A DNA stretch of 64,000 nucleotides from Chloroflexota bacterium. Lineage in GTDB: Bacteria > Chloroflexota > UBA11872 > VXNJ01. This document shows, piece by piece, positions 38,412-47,239 of the stretch. The notes under the pieces are model-generated. The model was given only the letters and a program-made list of their open reading frames with translations, was not told the DNA's origin and made no database searches. Each line of letters opens with the position of its first letter. Position 1 is the first letter of the stretch. The DNA lies in assembly GCA_965261345.1 (NCBI GenBank), contig OZ253449.1:1600001-1664000 (forward strand), read 5' to 3'. The position numbers and the translations under genes were made by a program.

Positions 38412-38760
38412 CAATTCGAAACTATTCCGCTTCCTGACTTGATGTAAGGAACGCCTGACGGCCGAGGGACCGGAGATATTCGCAAACCCAACCTTGGAGT
38501 TGTGATCACCGGGTTTTTCCTCATCCAATGTGATGTCAACCGCCATCGGCTTAAGGCCGCCCTGGGTGCTCCGGCTCATGACCATTACCGCAACTTGTTT
38601 AGCAAGGAGCGGGGATTGCGTTCAAGGAGCTTTACAGACTGGAAATATTAGGTATCGTCCGGTACTGGCAGGAGGGGATTAGCCAGCGCCGGATCGCAAT
38701 TGCCCTGGGACGGTCGCGCGCTATGTGGCCAGGGCCCGGGAAATGATGACATCACCAGTT

Positions 38761-40493
38761 GAACAGCGACAGTTATTCTGGCCGGCGCATTGACTCACTG
38801 TTTTTGTAACCCAAACAGGGCCGTTGCCTCACTAGATTTGTAACCCAAATCCACAGGGAGGCAACCGATGCGAGGAAAGAAGCTGAGCCGGGCGGTGCGG
38901 AAGGAGCTGCTAGCGGCCTTAAGGGGCCGCTATGCGAGGGCGTCCAAGATCGACAAGGGCGGAATCCTTAACGAGTTCGTGGCTCTATCTGGCCACAACC
39001 GCAAATACGCAACCCGATTGCTGGGCAATGCTGCAAGCCCTGCTCCGGCACCGCCCACCAAGTCCTCATACCGCATCTACGACGAGGCCGTCAGGGAGTC
39101 TTTGATCATCCTTAAGGGAAGCGGCCGATCGGATCTGCGGCAAACGGTTGCAAGCGATATTGCCCAGCCTGATCGAATCGCTGGAAGGGCATGGCCACCT
39201 GCAGCTTGATCTGGACCTTAAAAGCAAGCTCTTCGCGATCAGCCCGGCATCGATCGATCGCCTCCTCAAACCAGTCCGCAAGACCGCCGGCAGCAGTCGA
39301 CGGCGTCACCCCCGCCGCCGCAACCGTCATCACGCCAAGGTCCCGATCCGGACGTTTGCCGATTGGCATGGCCCCGACCCCGGCTACCTGGAAATAGATC
39401 TGGTGGCCCACTGTGGTGGCAACATGGCCGGGAGCTTCATCCAGTCCCTGTCGGTTACCGATGTGTGCTCGGGCTGGGTGGAGGCAGTCCCGCTGCTGGC
39501 AAGGGAGCAGACGCTTGTGACCGAGGCGCTTGAGGTTATAGGCGGGCGGGTACCGGTGCCAATACTTGGAATCGATACTGACAACGACAGCGCCTTTATC
39601 TCCCAGACCCTTATCGATTACTGCCAAGAGCGTGAAATCGAGTTCACCCGCTCACGCGCCTACCGCTCCAACGATCAGGCCTACATCGAACAGAAGAACG
39701 GCGCCGTAATCAGACGCTTTGCCGGTTACGAGCACTTTGCCGGCCTCATCGCCGGACAGACCCTGGCCCGACTCTTTGCCTTAGTTGGTCTCTACACCAA
39801 TTTCTTCCAACCGTCTTTCAAACTGATCTCCAAGCAGCGCTATGGAGCCAGAACCCAAAAGCGCTACGACCGTCCGCTAACTCCCTGCCAGCGCCTGCTC
39901 GATCACCCCGCCGTTGCCGAAAAGGTCAAGGAGGGGTTGCGCGCTACGCGCTTGCAACTGGATCCGCTCTTGCTCCTTAGCGAGATCCGCCAGGCCCAGT
40001 CGGCCCTGGCCACATTGGCATCACCCGAGGAAAGAAGCAAGGTGCAAAGGGAAGACCTGTCACAATTCCTGGCCAAGCTCTCTCATCTGTGGCGCGAGGG
40101 CGATGCAAATCCGACCCGCCGTCCAAAACGAAAGCGCCGCAGGTGGTGGCGGACTTGCCCCGACCCCCTAGAGCACGTCTGGCCCGCGGCGCTTACCTAC
40201 CTGCAGGATCATCCCGACGCCAGCGGCATGCAGATCCTGAAAGTGCTCATGCGTGATCACCCCGACGCCGTCGGGCCCAAGCAGCTGCGGACGTTGCAGC
40301 GAAGGCTCAAGCAATGGCGGTCGGTGATGGCCAAAGAGCTTGTATACGGAGTCGTAAACGGTGCTGATGGTGCGGTTGAGAACGCCGAAATCGTAAGTGA
40401 AATCGCGCCAATCGGAGTCAAATAAACGGTCCCAAATTTCGGTTACATTTTTTGGTGAGGCAACGGGACCGGCAAAACTGGGTGTCGCTGTTC
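38761..40493 (+). mobile_element. ISNCY-type (rve DDE) insertion sequence, copy 2, complete
   Basis: Terminal IR GAACAGCGACA / TGTCGCTGTTC. Flanking 4-bp direct repeat AGTT (38757-38760, 40494-40497). Internal repeats (TTGMCTCAC...TGTAACC) twice at the left end and once at the right. Confidence 0.8.
38868..40425 (+). pseudogene. ISNCY-type transposase split by a frameshift at about 39114
   Basis: ORFs 38868..39209 and 39148..40425 join as YDEAVRESLIIL|EAADRICGKRL. Motifs EIDLVAHCG, DTDNDSAF, NDQAYIEQKNG. Confidence 0.8.
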
Positions 40494-40743
40494 AGTTGGT
40501 GCCGCGGTCAGCCTAGCCTTCACCTGGACGCCAAATCGCACGCAACGCTCGGGCGATCTTTCCGGATGCGGACCGGAAGCGGGGGTGAAAAACCGCGACC
40601 GGATGCAACAGTAGTGGGGCCACAAGTGGTATCCATTCCGGTAAAGATCAGGTTCCGACACTACATCATGGACTTCCAGAAACAGTGGTTAATTCCGGTA
40701 ACATTTGAGAAAATGGGCCGCCGAAAGGGGGCGGGCGGAGAGT

Positions 40744-40998
40744 ATGACCGAGAAATTTGGACTGGCAAGAGAATTTGATTACTATTTGGCCCACCAGGAT
40801 GAACTGGTGGAGCAGTACGACGGCAAGATCATCGTCATCAAAAGCGGCGAGGTGCTGGGCGCCTACGGCAGTCTTATTGAGGCAGTCATGGAAGCTGAAA
40901 AAGCTGGTCATGAGTTAGGGACATTCCTCGTCCAGCCCGTGAGTCCGGGGCCCGATGCCTATACGCACACTCACCACTCCCGCGTGTTAAGGATTTAG
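40744..40998 (+). CDS. Small DUF5678-like protein
   Basis: EFDYYLAHQDELVEQYDGKIIVIK.GEVLG.Y; GGAG RBS; stop overlaps the next start. Confidence 0.7.
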   Translation: MTEKFGLAREFDYYLAHQDELVEQYDGKIIVIKSGEVLGAYGSLIEAVMEAEKAGHELGTFLVQPVSPGPDAYTHTHHSRVLRI

Positions 40999-41513
40999 TG
41001 CCAAGACCGGCACATTGGGCTTTTACCGCGACCGCCGAGGGATTACCCAACGTCTTGCAAAGCCCCTGCAAAGTTGGGATCGCCGGTCGCGCTGCCGGAG
41101 CGCCGAAGGAGGAATTTACTGCCATTTGGGATACAGGAGCGACCCACAGCGCTATCACTCAGAAGGTGGTGGAAAGGTGCGGACTGCAGCCAACCGGCAG
41201 GATTCAAATAAGGCACGCTGGGATCGAAGAGAAACCTGACGAGACTGATACATATCTGGTCAACCTCGGTCTTCCTAACAACGTAATAATCGAGAGCATC
41301 ACGGTAAGTCGGGGCGGCTTCAGTGGTGGAGACGTGCTGATCGGCATGGACATCATCAACACGGGCGACTTTGCCATCACTCATGCGAACGGCCAGTCCA
41401 AGTTCTCGTTCCAGCTTCCTCCACAAGCCGACATTGACTTTGTGAAGGAGCAGCCCCTGCCTCCAGCCCGGAATCGGGCAGAACGTCGTTCAAGAAAGCG
41501 CAGGGGGAATTGA
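40998..41513 (+). CDS. Retropepsin-like (clan AA) aspartyl protease
   Basis: AIWDTGAT catalytic motif and LIGMDII; basic C-terminal tail. Confidence 0.85.
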   Translation: MPRPAHWAFTATAEGLPNVLQSPCKVGIAGRAAGAPKEEFTAIWDTGATHSAITQKVVERCGLQPTGRIQIRHAGIEEKPDETDTYLVNLGLPNNVIIESITVSRGGFSGGDVLIGMDIINTGDFAITHANGQSKFSFQLPPQADIDFVKEQPLPPARNRAERRSRKRRGN

Positions 41514-41944
41514 CGAAGTAGGCGTCAACTCCCGGTAAGTAAGCCGCCGCCCAACCATTCCGCGCCACTGGCTCGACAGAGGCCGGTTATGCCCAAATGG
41601 ATACGGTTTCTGTGTACTCGGCTTGCAATGAGCGATGGCGGCGTTAACGCTAAATTGCTGAAACCCTGCCAGGGCCAGTTTCGCATGGTGTTGTAGCCAT
41701 GAATCGACACCATTTACTAGGCTCCCGGTGGGGACCGGGCGGGAGGCGGAAAGGCGACTGCCAGGCGCTGAATAAATGAGTCAAGATTCGGTGATCGTAT
41801 ACGCTTTGCTGCGGTTGGAGCGGCGGATGCAGCAGGCCAAATCGCGCGTCGAATGAAGCCCATTGGAATTGACGCAGGACCGTCGATTTCCCGTTCAGGT
41901 TGACGCGCTTGCATCTTCCCGGCCGTAGCCTCCCGACCGAAGAT

Positions 41945-43075
41945 TTACACCGCAAACTCGGCTAGCATCGTTTCGTTGATTTCAACCCCCAAACCGGGCC
42001 CGTCGGGTACCGGAACGCAGCCCTGAGCGTCGATACGCAGGGGCTCGCGGACAACGCCATAGAGCTGCTGATACGATCCGATAGTTCGCCATGGAGGGTC
42101 GATGATGTACTCGACCCACGGGCAATTGGAGACGGTGGCGCACAGCTGCATGTGAGCAGCCAGGGCAATGCCATTAGCCCCGTGGTGCGGAATGAACAAT
42201 TTGCCCGCCCGCTCGCATGCGGCCGCAACTTTGCGCAATTGCCACAGGCCTTCGCTGGTGGTGGCATCCGGTTGCAAGATGTCGTATGCGCCGGTGTCTA
42301 GCATCCAATAGAACTCGTGCAATCCATGGTTGCCTTCACCGCCGGCGATTTTCAATTCGACCGAGTCCGTCAGTCGCGCGATCGCCTCGTAGTCGTATCT
42401 AGCCAACGGTTCCTCTAACCAAACGACGCCCAGCTCCTCGTAGGCACGCGCAGTGGCCAATGCGCGATCGAAGTCCCAGAAGGTCGGGTCACTAGGGTTC
42501 TTGGCCGCCCCAGAGGCCGATCCGGCTTGATTGGCGTCCACCATGATCTCCATTCGTGCGCCAACCGCCGCACGCACCGCGGCGACCATTTCAATGTCTT
42601 CTTCCATGGTCAGGTCATGTGCTCGCAATTTGATCGCCCGAAAGCCCTTTTCGAGCATCTTCAACGCGTCGTCGGCGCGCTCTTGGGGTGAGCGCCGGGC
42701 CACGACCGACGCGTAGGCCGGAATGCTATCGCGGTAGCGTCCCCACAGCTTGCTCAGCGGCAATCCGGCGGCCTTGCCGACCAAATCGCAAAGGGCCATC
42801 TCGACGATCCAGGCGCCGCCGGCGTAGCGGGTGACATTGGCCAGGCGCTCAACCGCGAACGCGTCCTGCCCGATCAGATGCGGGGCGGCCAACCTATTGA
42901 TTGATTGCGCCTGATCGAATCCGGAAGCACCCCAACCGACCAAACCATCTTCGGTTTCGATTCGCACCACCGTCACATCGCGCTCACGCTGAATTAACCC
43001 AGGTTCCCAGGCGGATTCAAATTCAACTGGGTACGGGACCTTAAGCAGCGTCGCCTGGACGTCTTTTATCTTCAT
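41945..43075 (-). CDS. Mandelate racemase/muconate lactonizing enzyme family protein
   Basis: GFRAIKLR, MVDAN, WLEEP, AGGE, QPD, PGLGVE. Confidence 0.92.
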   Translation of the reverse strand: MKIKDVQATLLKVPYPVEFESAWEPGLIQRERDVTVVRIETEDGLVGWGASGFDQAQSINRLAAPHLIGQDAFAVERLANVTRYAGGAWIVEMALCDLVGKAAGLPLSKLWGRYRDSIPAYASVVARRSPQERADDALKMLEKGFRAIKLRAHDLTMEEDIEMVAAVRAAVGARMEIMVDANQAGSASGAAKNPSDPTFWDFDRALATARAYEELGVVWLEEPLARYDYEAIARLTDSVELKIAGGEGNHGLHEFYWMLDTGAYDILQPDATTSEGLWQLRKVAAACERAGKLFIPHHGANGIALAAHMQLCATVSNCPWVEYIIDPPWRTIGSYQQLYGVVREPLRIDAQGCVPVPDGPGLGVEINETMLAEFAV

Positions 43076-43280
43076 TCGCGTTCGCGTGTCCTCGTGACCT
43101 GGATGCCCATAATGTCGCCTTTTTTCTATTAAATCAATCGCTACCGATGGCAACGCATCGATGCAGCCCGGCGATGGCAAGGAATGACAAAGGCTCAAGC
43201 GCTACGTTACCTTCTCCTACCCAAGGCTTCATGCTCCCACGGAAGCCCTTTGGCCAGATCTGAGAAATTCGATGTCCGGG

Positions 43281-44204
43281 TTAATGCCCACCGGGCAGGT
43301 GGGAGAGATATTGGGCAACGTAATCCATGCTTGCCAAGTCGCTAAAGGCCGTCATCAACCGCCCTGTTACCGGACCAGGAATTGCGCCACTGCCGATGGT
43401 TGTTCCATTGACTGCCGAAATCGGGCAGATGCACAGGCTAGTGGAGGTAAGAAATGCTTCGTCGGCGGTATAGGCGTCAAATAGGTCGAGATCCCGTTCG
43501 GCAATCGACATACCCAGGCCGGTGGCCAATTCCAGGACAACATTGCGAGTGATGCCTCCCAGCACGAATCGGCCCTGGGGCGTGGCGACCTGGCCGTCTT
43601 TTATCAGGAAGATGTTGCTGCCCTTGCCCTCGGTAAGATTGCCGTCCTCATCTAGCAACACCGCCCAGGCTTCGGGGTCGATTTCCTGGACCTCAAGTTC
43701 GCCCATGATCAAGTTCAGGTAATTGTGGGTCTTGGCGCGGGGGCTAAAAAACCGCGGCGGCACTCGCGGCACCGACGGTGTCCCGACCTTTATTCCGTCT
43801 CGGTACAGGGAGGCCCGTACGGCGAACGGAATGGGGCGGGTTTCGATAAGGACGGTCGGGCGCATTACCGCACCGAGCTTGGAAGATTCCTCGCCCCGCG
43901 TGATGCGCTGCGAGACCCACAGGTCCTGGCCGCGCGGCAGCAACGGGTAATTGTGGTTGGCGACCGCCAGCGACCACCGCTCCATTTCGGCCCGGTCCAA
44001 CCCAGGGTCGATTCGCAGATAACGGAGGGAATCGTAGAGCCGGTCAATGTGCTCGCGCAGTTTGAAGGGCCGGCCGCCAAACGTGCGGGTGGCGTCGAAA
44101 ACAGCGTCACCGTAGATGAAACCTCGATCCCGAATGGAAATGCCCACTTGGTTTTCCGGCTTCAGCTCGCCGTTGAAGTAGACGACATTTTGCTGGTCAA
44201 ACAT
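43281..44204 (-). CDS. Aminotransferase class IV (PLP fold IV)
   Basis: DRGFIYGDAVF, H..RL..S, KT.NY, EG.GSNIF, L.GITR, ADEAFLTST. Confidence 0.92.
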   Translation of the reverse strand: MFDQQNVVYFNGELKPENQVGISIRDRGFIYGDAVFDATRTFGGRPFKLREHIDRLYDSLRYLRIDPGLDRAEMERWSLAVANHNYPLLPRGQDLWVSQRITRGEESSKLGAVMRPTVLIETRPIPFAVRASLYRDGIKVGTPSVPRVPPRFFSPRAKTHNYLNLIMGELEVQEIDPEAWAVLLDEDGNLTEGKGSNIFLIKDGQVATPQGRFVLGGITRNVVLELATGLGMSIAERDLDLFDAYTADEAFLTSTSLCICPISAVNGTTIGSGAIPGPVTGRLMTAFSDLASMDYVAQYLSHLPGGH

Positions 44205-44572
44205 AGCGTTGCCTCAAGGTGCCGAAATGATCTGTCACTCTGAAACCCAGCGTAGCGCAAGCGGGCTGGGCCGAGAGAATCTATCCCGGCTTGTCGATTC
44301 GGCCCGCCATCGCTGCTGGAGGCCTGTGCGCTGAGAACGCGCCAAGAGTTGACCGTACCGCCAATCGAAGAGTCTTACTGTCGGTACCGGGATTTGCCTG
44401 GCGGGACCGTCAATGCCAGGCCAATTTGGCAGCGTGGCTGGGTCGACAACTTTGATGGCCTCCCATTCACCACCACCGGCCTCAGCGGTGGGCGCACGCA
44501 AAATTCCGCGCGGCAAATAAAATCTTGATGGGCCTTTTGGGCCCGCAGCTCCGCATCCACTGGAATGAGTCC

Positions 44573-45814
44573 TTGAGCCAACCAATCGCGATTACCGGAA
44601 TTGGCCTGGTTACACCGCTGGGCCACGACCCGGACACGCTCATGGGCGCCTTGATGGCCGGCACGAGCGCGATTGAGCGAATCGACTACTTTGACCCGTC
44701 CCCTTATTCGTGCCAGCTGGCGGCCCAAGTTCGAAATTACGACGCCAAAGGGATCATGGGGCGCGACTACCGTCGATCCGATGCGTTCGTTCACTTCGCG
44801 GTAGGCGCCGCCCGCGCGGCGGCCGCAGATTCCGGTCTGGACTTTGACAACGACGAGGAATTAAAGCTAAAAACCGGGGTTTATGTAGGTTCAGGGATCG
44901 GCGGCCTGGCCACGCTCTTTGCCCAGACCAAGGTCCATGAAGATCGGGGCACGCGCCGCGTTACACCATTTCTGGTGCCGATGATGATTGCGAATATGGC
45001 CTCCGGCCAGGTGGCCATCGATCTGGGCCTCCAAGGCCCGAATATGGCTCATGTATCAGCCTGCGCATCCTCGGCGCACTCTATCGGAGAGGCCGCCCAG
45101 GCCCTTACCGTTGGAAGTTGCGATGTCATATTGGCCGGTGGAGCCGAGGCGGCGATCACGCCCATTGGACTGTCGGGCTTCACCCAGGGCAGGGCGATGT
45201 CGACCCACTTCAACGAGTCCCCGCACCGGGCCTCGCGTCCGTTCGACGGACTGCGCGACGGATTTGTGGCGGCCGAAGGCGCCGGGGTTTTTGTGATGGA
45301 AACCATGGAACACGCCCGGGCCCGCGGCGCGCGCATATACGCTGTCGTTTCAGGTTACGGATCGTCCGCGGATGCGTTCCACATAACCGCGCCGCCCGAG
45401 GATGGATCCGGCGCCGCTTTGGCAATGCGGCGGGCATTAGATAGCGCCGGGATGAATCCGGAGCAGATTGATTACATAAACGCCCACGGCACCTCAACTC
45501 CGATCGGGGACATCGCCGAAACCCGGGCGATTCACCAGGTCTTCGGCGACCATGCCCGCTCGCTGGTCGTCAATTCCACCAAATCGATGATTGGCCACAT
45601 GATCGGAGCGGCCGGTGTCGTCGAAGCCGCCGTCGGAGTTCTTTCGATGCGGGCCGGTCAGGTGCACGCGACGATCAACCAAGAAGAACCCGATCCAGCC
45701 TGCGACCTCGACTACGTACCCAACCAGCCGCGCGACCTGCAGATCAGGCACTTCATTTCCAACTCCTTTGGCTTTGGCGGCCACAATGTCTCGCTGGTGT
45801 TTGGCCGCGCCTGA
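44573..45814 (+). CDS. fabF: 3-oxoacyl-ACP synthase II
   Basis: ITGIGLVTPLG, SACASS, NAHGTSTP.GD, KSMIGH, NSFGFGGHN. Start TTG 44573 is approximate. Confidence 0.95.
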   Translation: MSQPIAITGIGLVTPLGHDPDTLMGALMAGTSAIERIDYFDPSPYSCQLAAQVRNYDAKGIMGRDYRRSDAFVHFAVGAARAAAADSGLDFDNDEELKLKTGVYVGSGIGGLATLFAQTKVHEDRGTRRVTPFLVPMMIANMASGQVAIDLGLQGPNMAHVSACASSAHSIGEAAQALTVGSCDVILAGGAEAAITPIGLSGFTQGRAMSTHFNESPHRASRPFDGLRDGFVAAEGAGVFVMETMEHARARGARIYAVVSGYGSSADAFHITAPPEDGSGAALAMRRALDSAGMNPEQIDYINAHGTSTPIGDIAETRAIHQVFGDHARSLVVNSTKSMIGHMIGAAGVVEAAVGVLSMRAGQVHATINQEEPDPACDLDYVPNQPRDLQIRHFISNSFGFGGHNVSLVFGRA

Positions 45815-45842
45815 ACATCGCCTGCCGGCGGGTGCCTAGACA

Positions 45843-46259
45843 TTGGCTGAAATAAGGCTGCTGCTCACCGACCTGCTGGAAAAGATCGCGGGAACCCCCA
45901 TCTCCGAAATCGAGGTGCAGCTGGGCGAATTGACCCTTGGCGTAAAACGCCGCAGCGGGAGTGCCGCGGAGACCACGGCGTCGGTTGATCCGCATCCAGA
46001 ATCTGAGCCGGAACCGGAATTGGTGAGCGTTGATTCGCCGATCGCTGGGATTTTTTATGCCTCGGCTTCGCCAACCGAGCCCGCCTACGTTAGCGTTGGC
46101 GATGAAATCGCACCCGGCCAAACCGTTGGACTGGTGGAGGCGATGAAGGTCTTTAACGAAATAGTCTCGACCCAGGCCGGCACGGTTGTTAGTGTTGCCA
46201 AAACCGGTACCGAGGTTCAGAAGGGAACTGCGGTGGTGGAAATGGAGCCAACCGGGTGA
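45843..46259 (+). CDS. accB: Acetyl-CoA carboxylase biotin carboxyl carrier protein
   Basis: SP..G.FY, EAMKVFNEI biotinylation motif. Confidence 0.9.
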   Translation: MAEIRLLLTDLLEKIAGTPISEIEVQLGELTLGVKRRSGSAAETTASVDPHPESEPEPELVSVDSPIAGIFYASASPTEPAYVSVGDEIAPGQTVGLVEAMKVFNEIVSTQAGTVVSVAKTGTEVQKGTAVVEMEPTG

Positions 46260-46323
46260 CTCGAACCGAACCTACAGGTTGAATCTGCTCTCTAAATTGA
46301 CCGACAAGGCGACGGATTACTAG

Positions 46324-47031
46324 ATGATTTCCCAACCGCGGCTATTGGCAGTTCCTAGTCCACTGATCGTGCGGGCGCTGCCGACCGGCGGCATATTGCG
46401 CGACATAATCTCGATCGTGGCCGGGTCGGTACTCCTAGCTCTCTGCGCCCAGATTTCGATCCCGTTGCCATTTACTCCGGTGCCGATCACCGGTCAGACT
46501 TTCGCGGTACTGCTAATTGGGGCTTCACTCGGGTCGGGACGCGGCGCGGCGGCGGTAATCCTGTACCTGATTGAGGGCGTCGCCGGTTTGCCATTCTTCG
46601 CCCCTACCGGTGGAATGTTTACCTACGGCTACCTGGCCGGCTTCGTGCCCGCCGCGTTCGTTGCCGGTTGGCTCTGCGAGCGGGGTTGGGATCGCAGTTT
46701 TCTGCTCTCGCTCATCGCACTATTGATTGGCAACGCCGTCATTTACGCAGTCGGCTTGCCCTGGCTGGCTTCGGCCTACGGCCTGCTCGGCGCCGGCGTT
46801 GCGATCCCATCTTCGATCCCTCAGTTCTGGCAAGATGTTCTGGCCTTTGGGCAGATCGGTTTCCTGCGCGGCGACCTGGTAGTTCAAGCCGTAAACGGCG
46901 GCCTCCTGCCATTCATCCCGGGCGATCTAATCAAGGCGATTCTGGCCGCCGCAATATTGCCGGGGGCTGCCGCCACGGTTCGGCACTGGCATCGGGGCGA
47001 TGATCTAAAAAGCCTGATCGGTGCCAACTAG
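46324..47031 (+). CDS. bioY: Biotin transporter BioY
   Basis: PVPITGQTFAVLL.G, GLP.F, GYLAGF, PFIPGDLIK. Confidence 0.92.
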   Translation: MISQPRLLAVPSPLIVRALPTGGILRDIISIVAGSVLLALCAQISIPLPFTPVPITGQTFAVLLIGASLGSGRGAAAVILYLIEGVAGLPFFAPTGGMFTYGYLAGFVPAAFVAGWLCERGWDRSFLLSLIALLIGNAVIYAVGLPWLASAYGLLGAGVAIPSSIPQFWQDVLAFGQIGFLRGDLVVQAVNGGLLPFIPGDLIKAILAAAILPGAAATVRHWHRGDDLKSLIGAN

Positions 47032-47239
47032 ACTAGTTTGCCGGCCCCAACTAGGTTGTCGCGGGGGTTGCAATTGCCGCTGAGCGGCCCAAAAAGTGCT
47101 GACCATCAAATTGAGCCAGGCACGCTCCCCTAGCGCCAGGTCTTCCCAATTGGGTCAATCGAGCGCAGGGATCGCCGCGGTCCAAGTTTTGGTCATTTAC
47201 GCTTAAGGATCCGGACCGGCCGGTAGGCCGCGCAACCAC

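Noticed and set aside
38412-38756. 72-aa minus-strand ORF 38367..38585 and flanking DNA as a Fic antitoxin
   Set aside because: It is convergent and overlaps the Fic 3' end with no recognisable motif, and the Fic already carries its own inhibitory motif.
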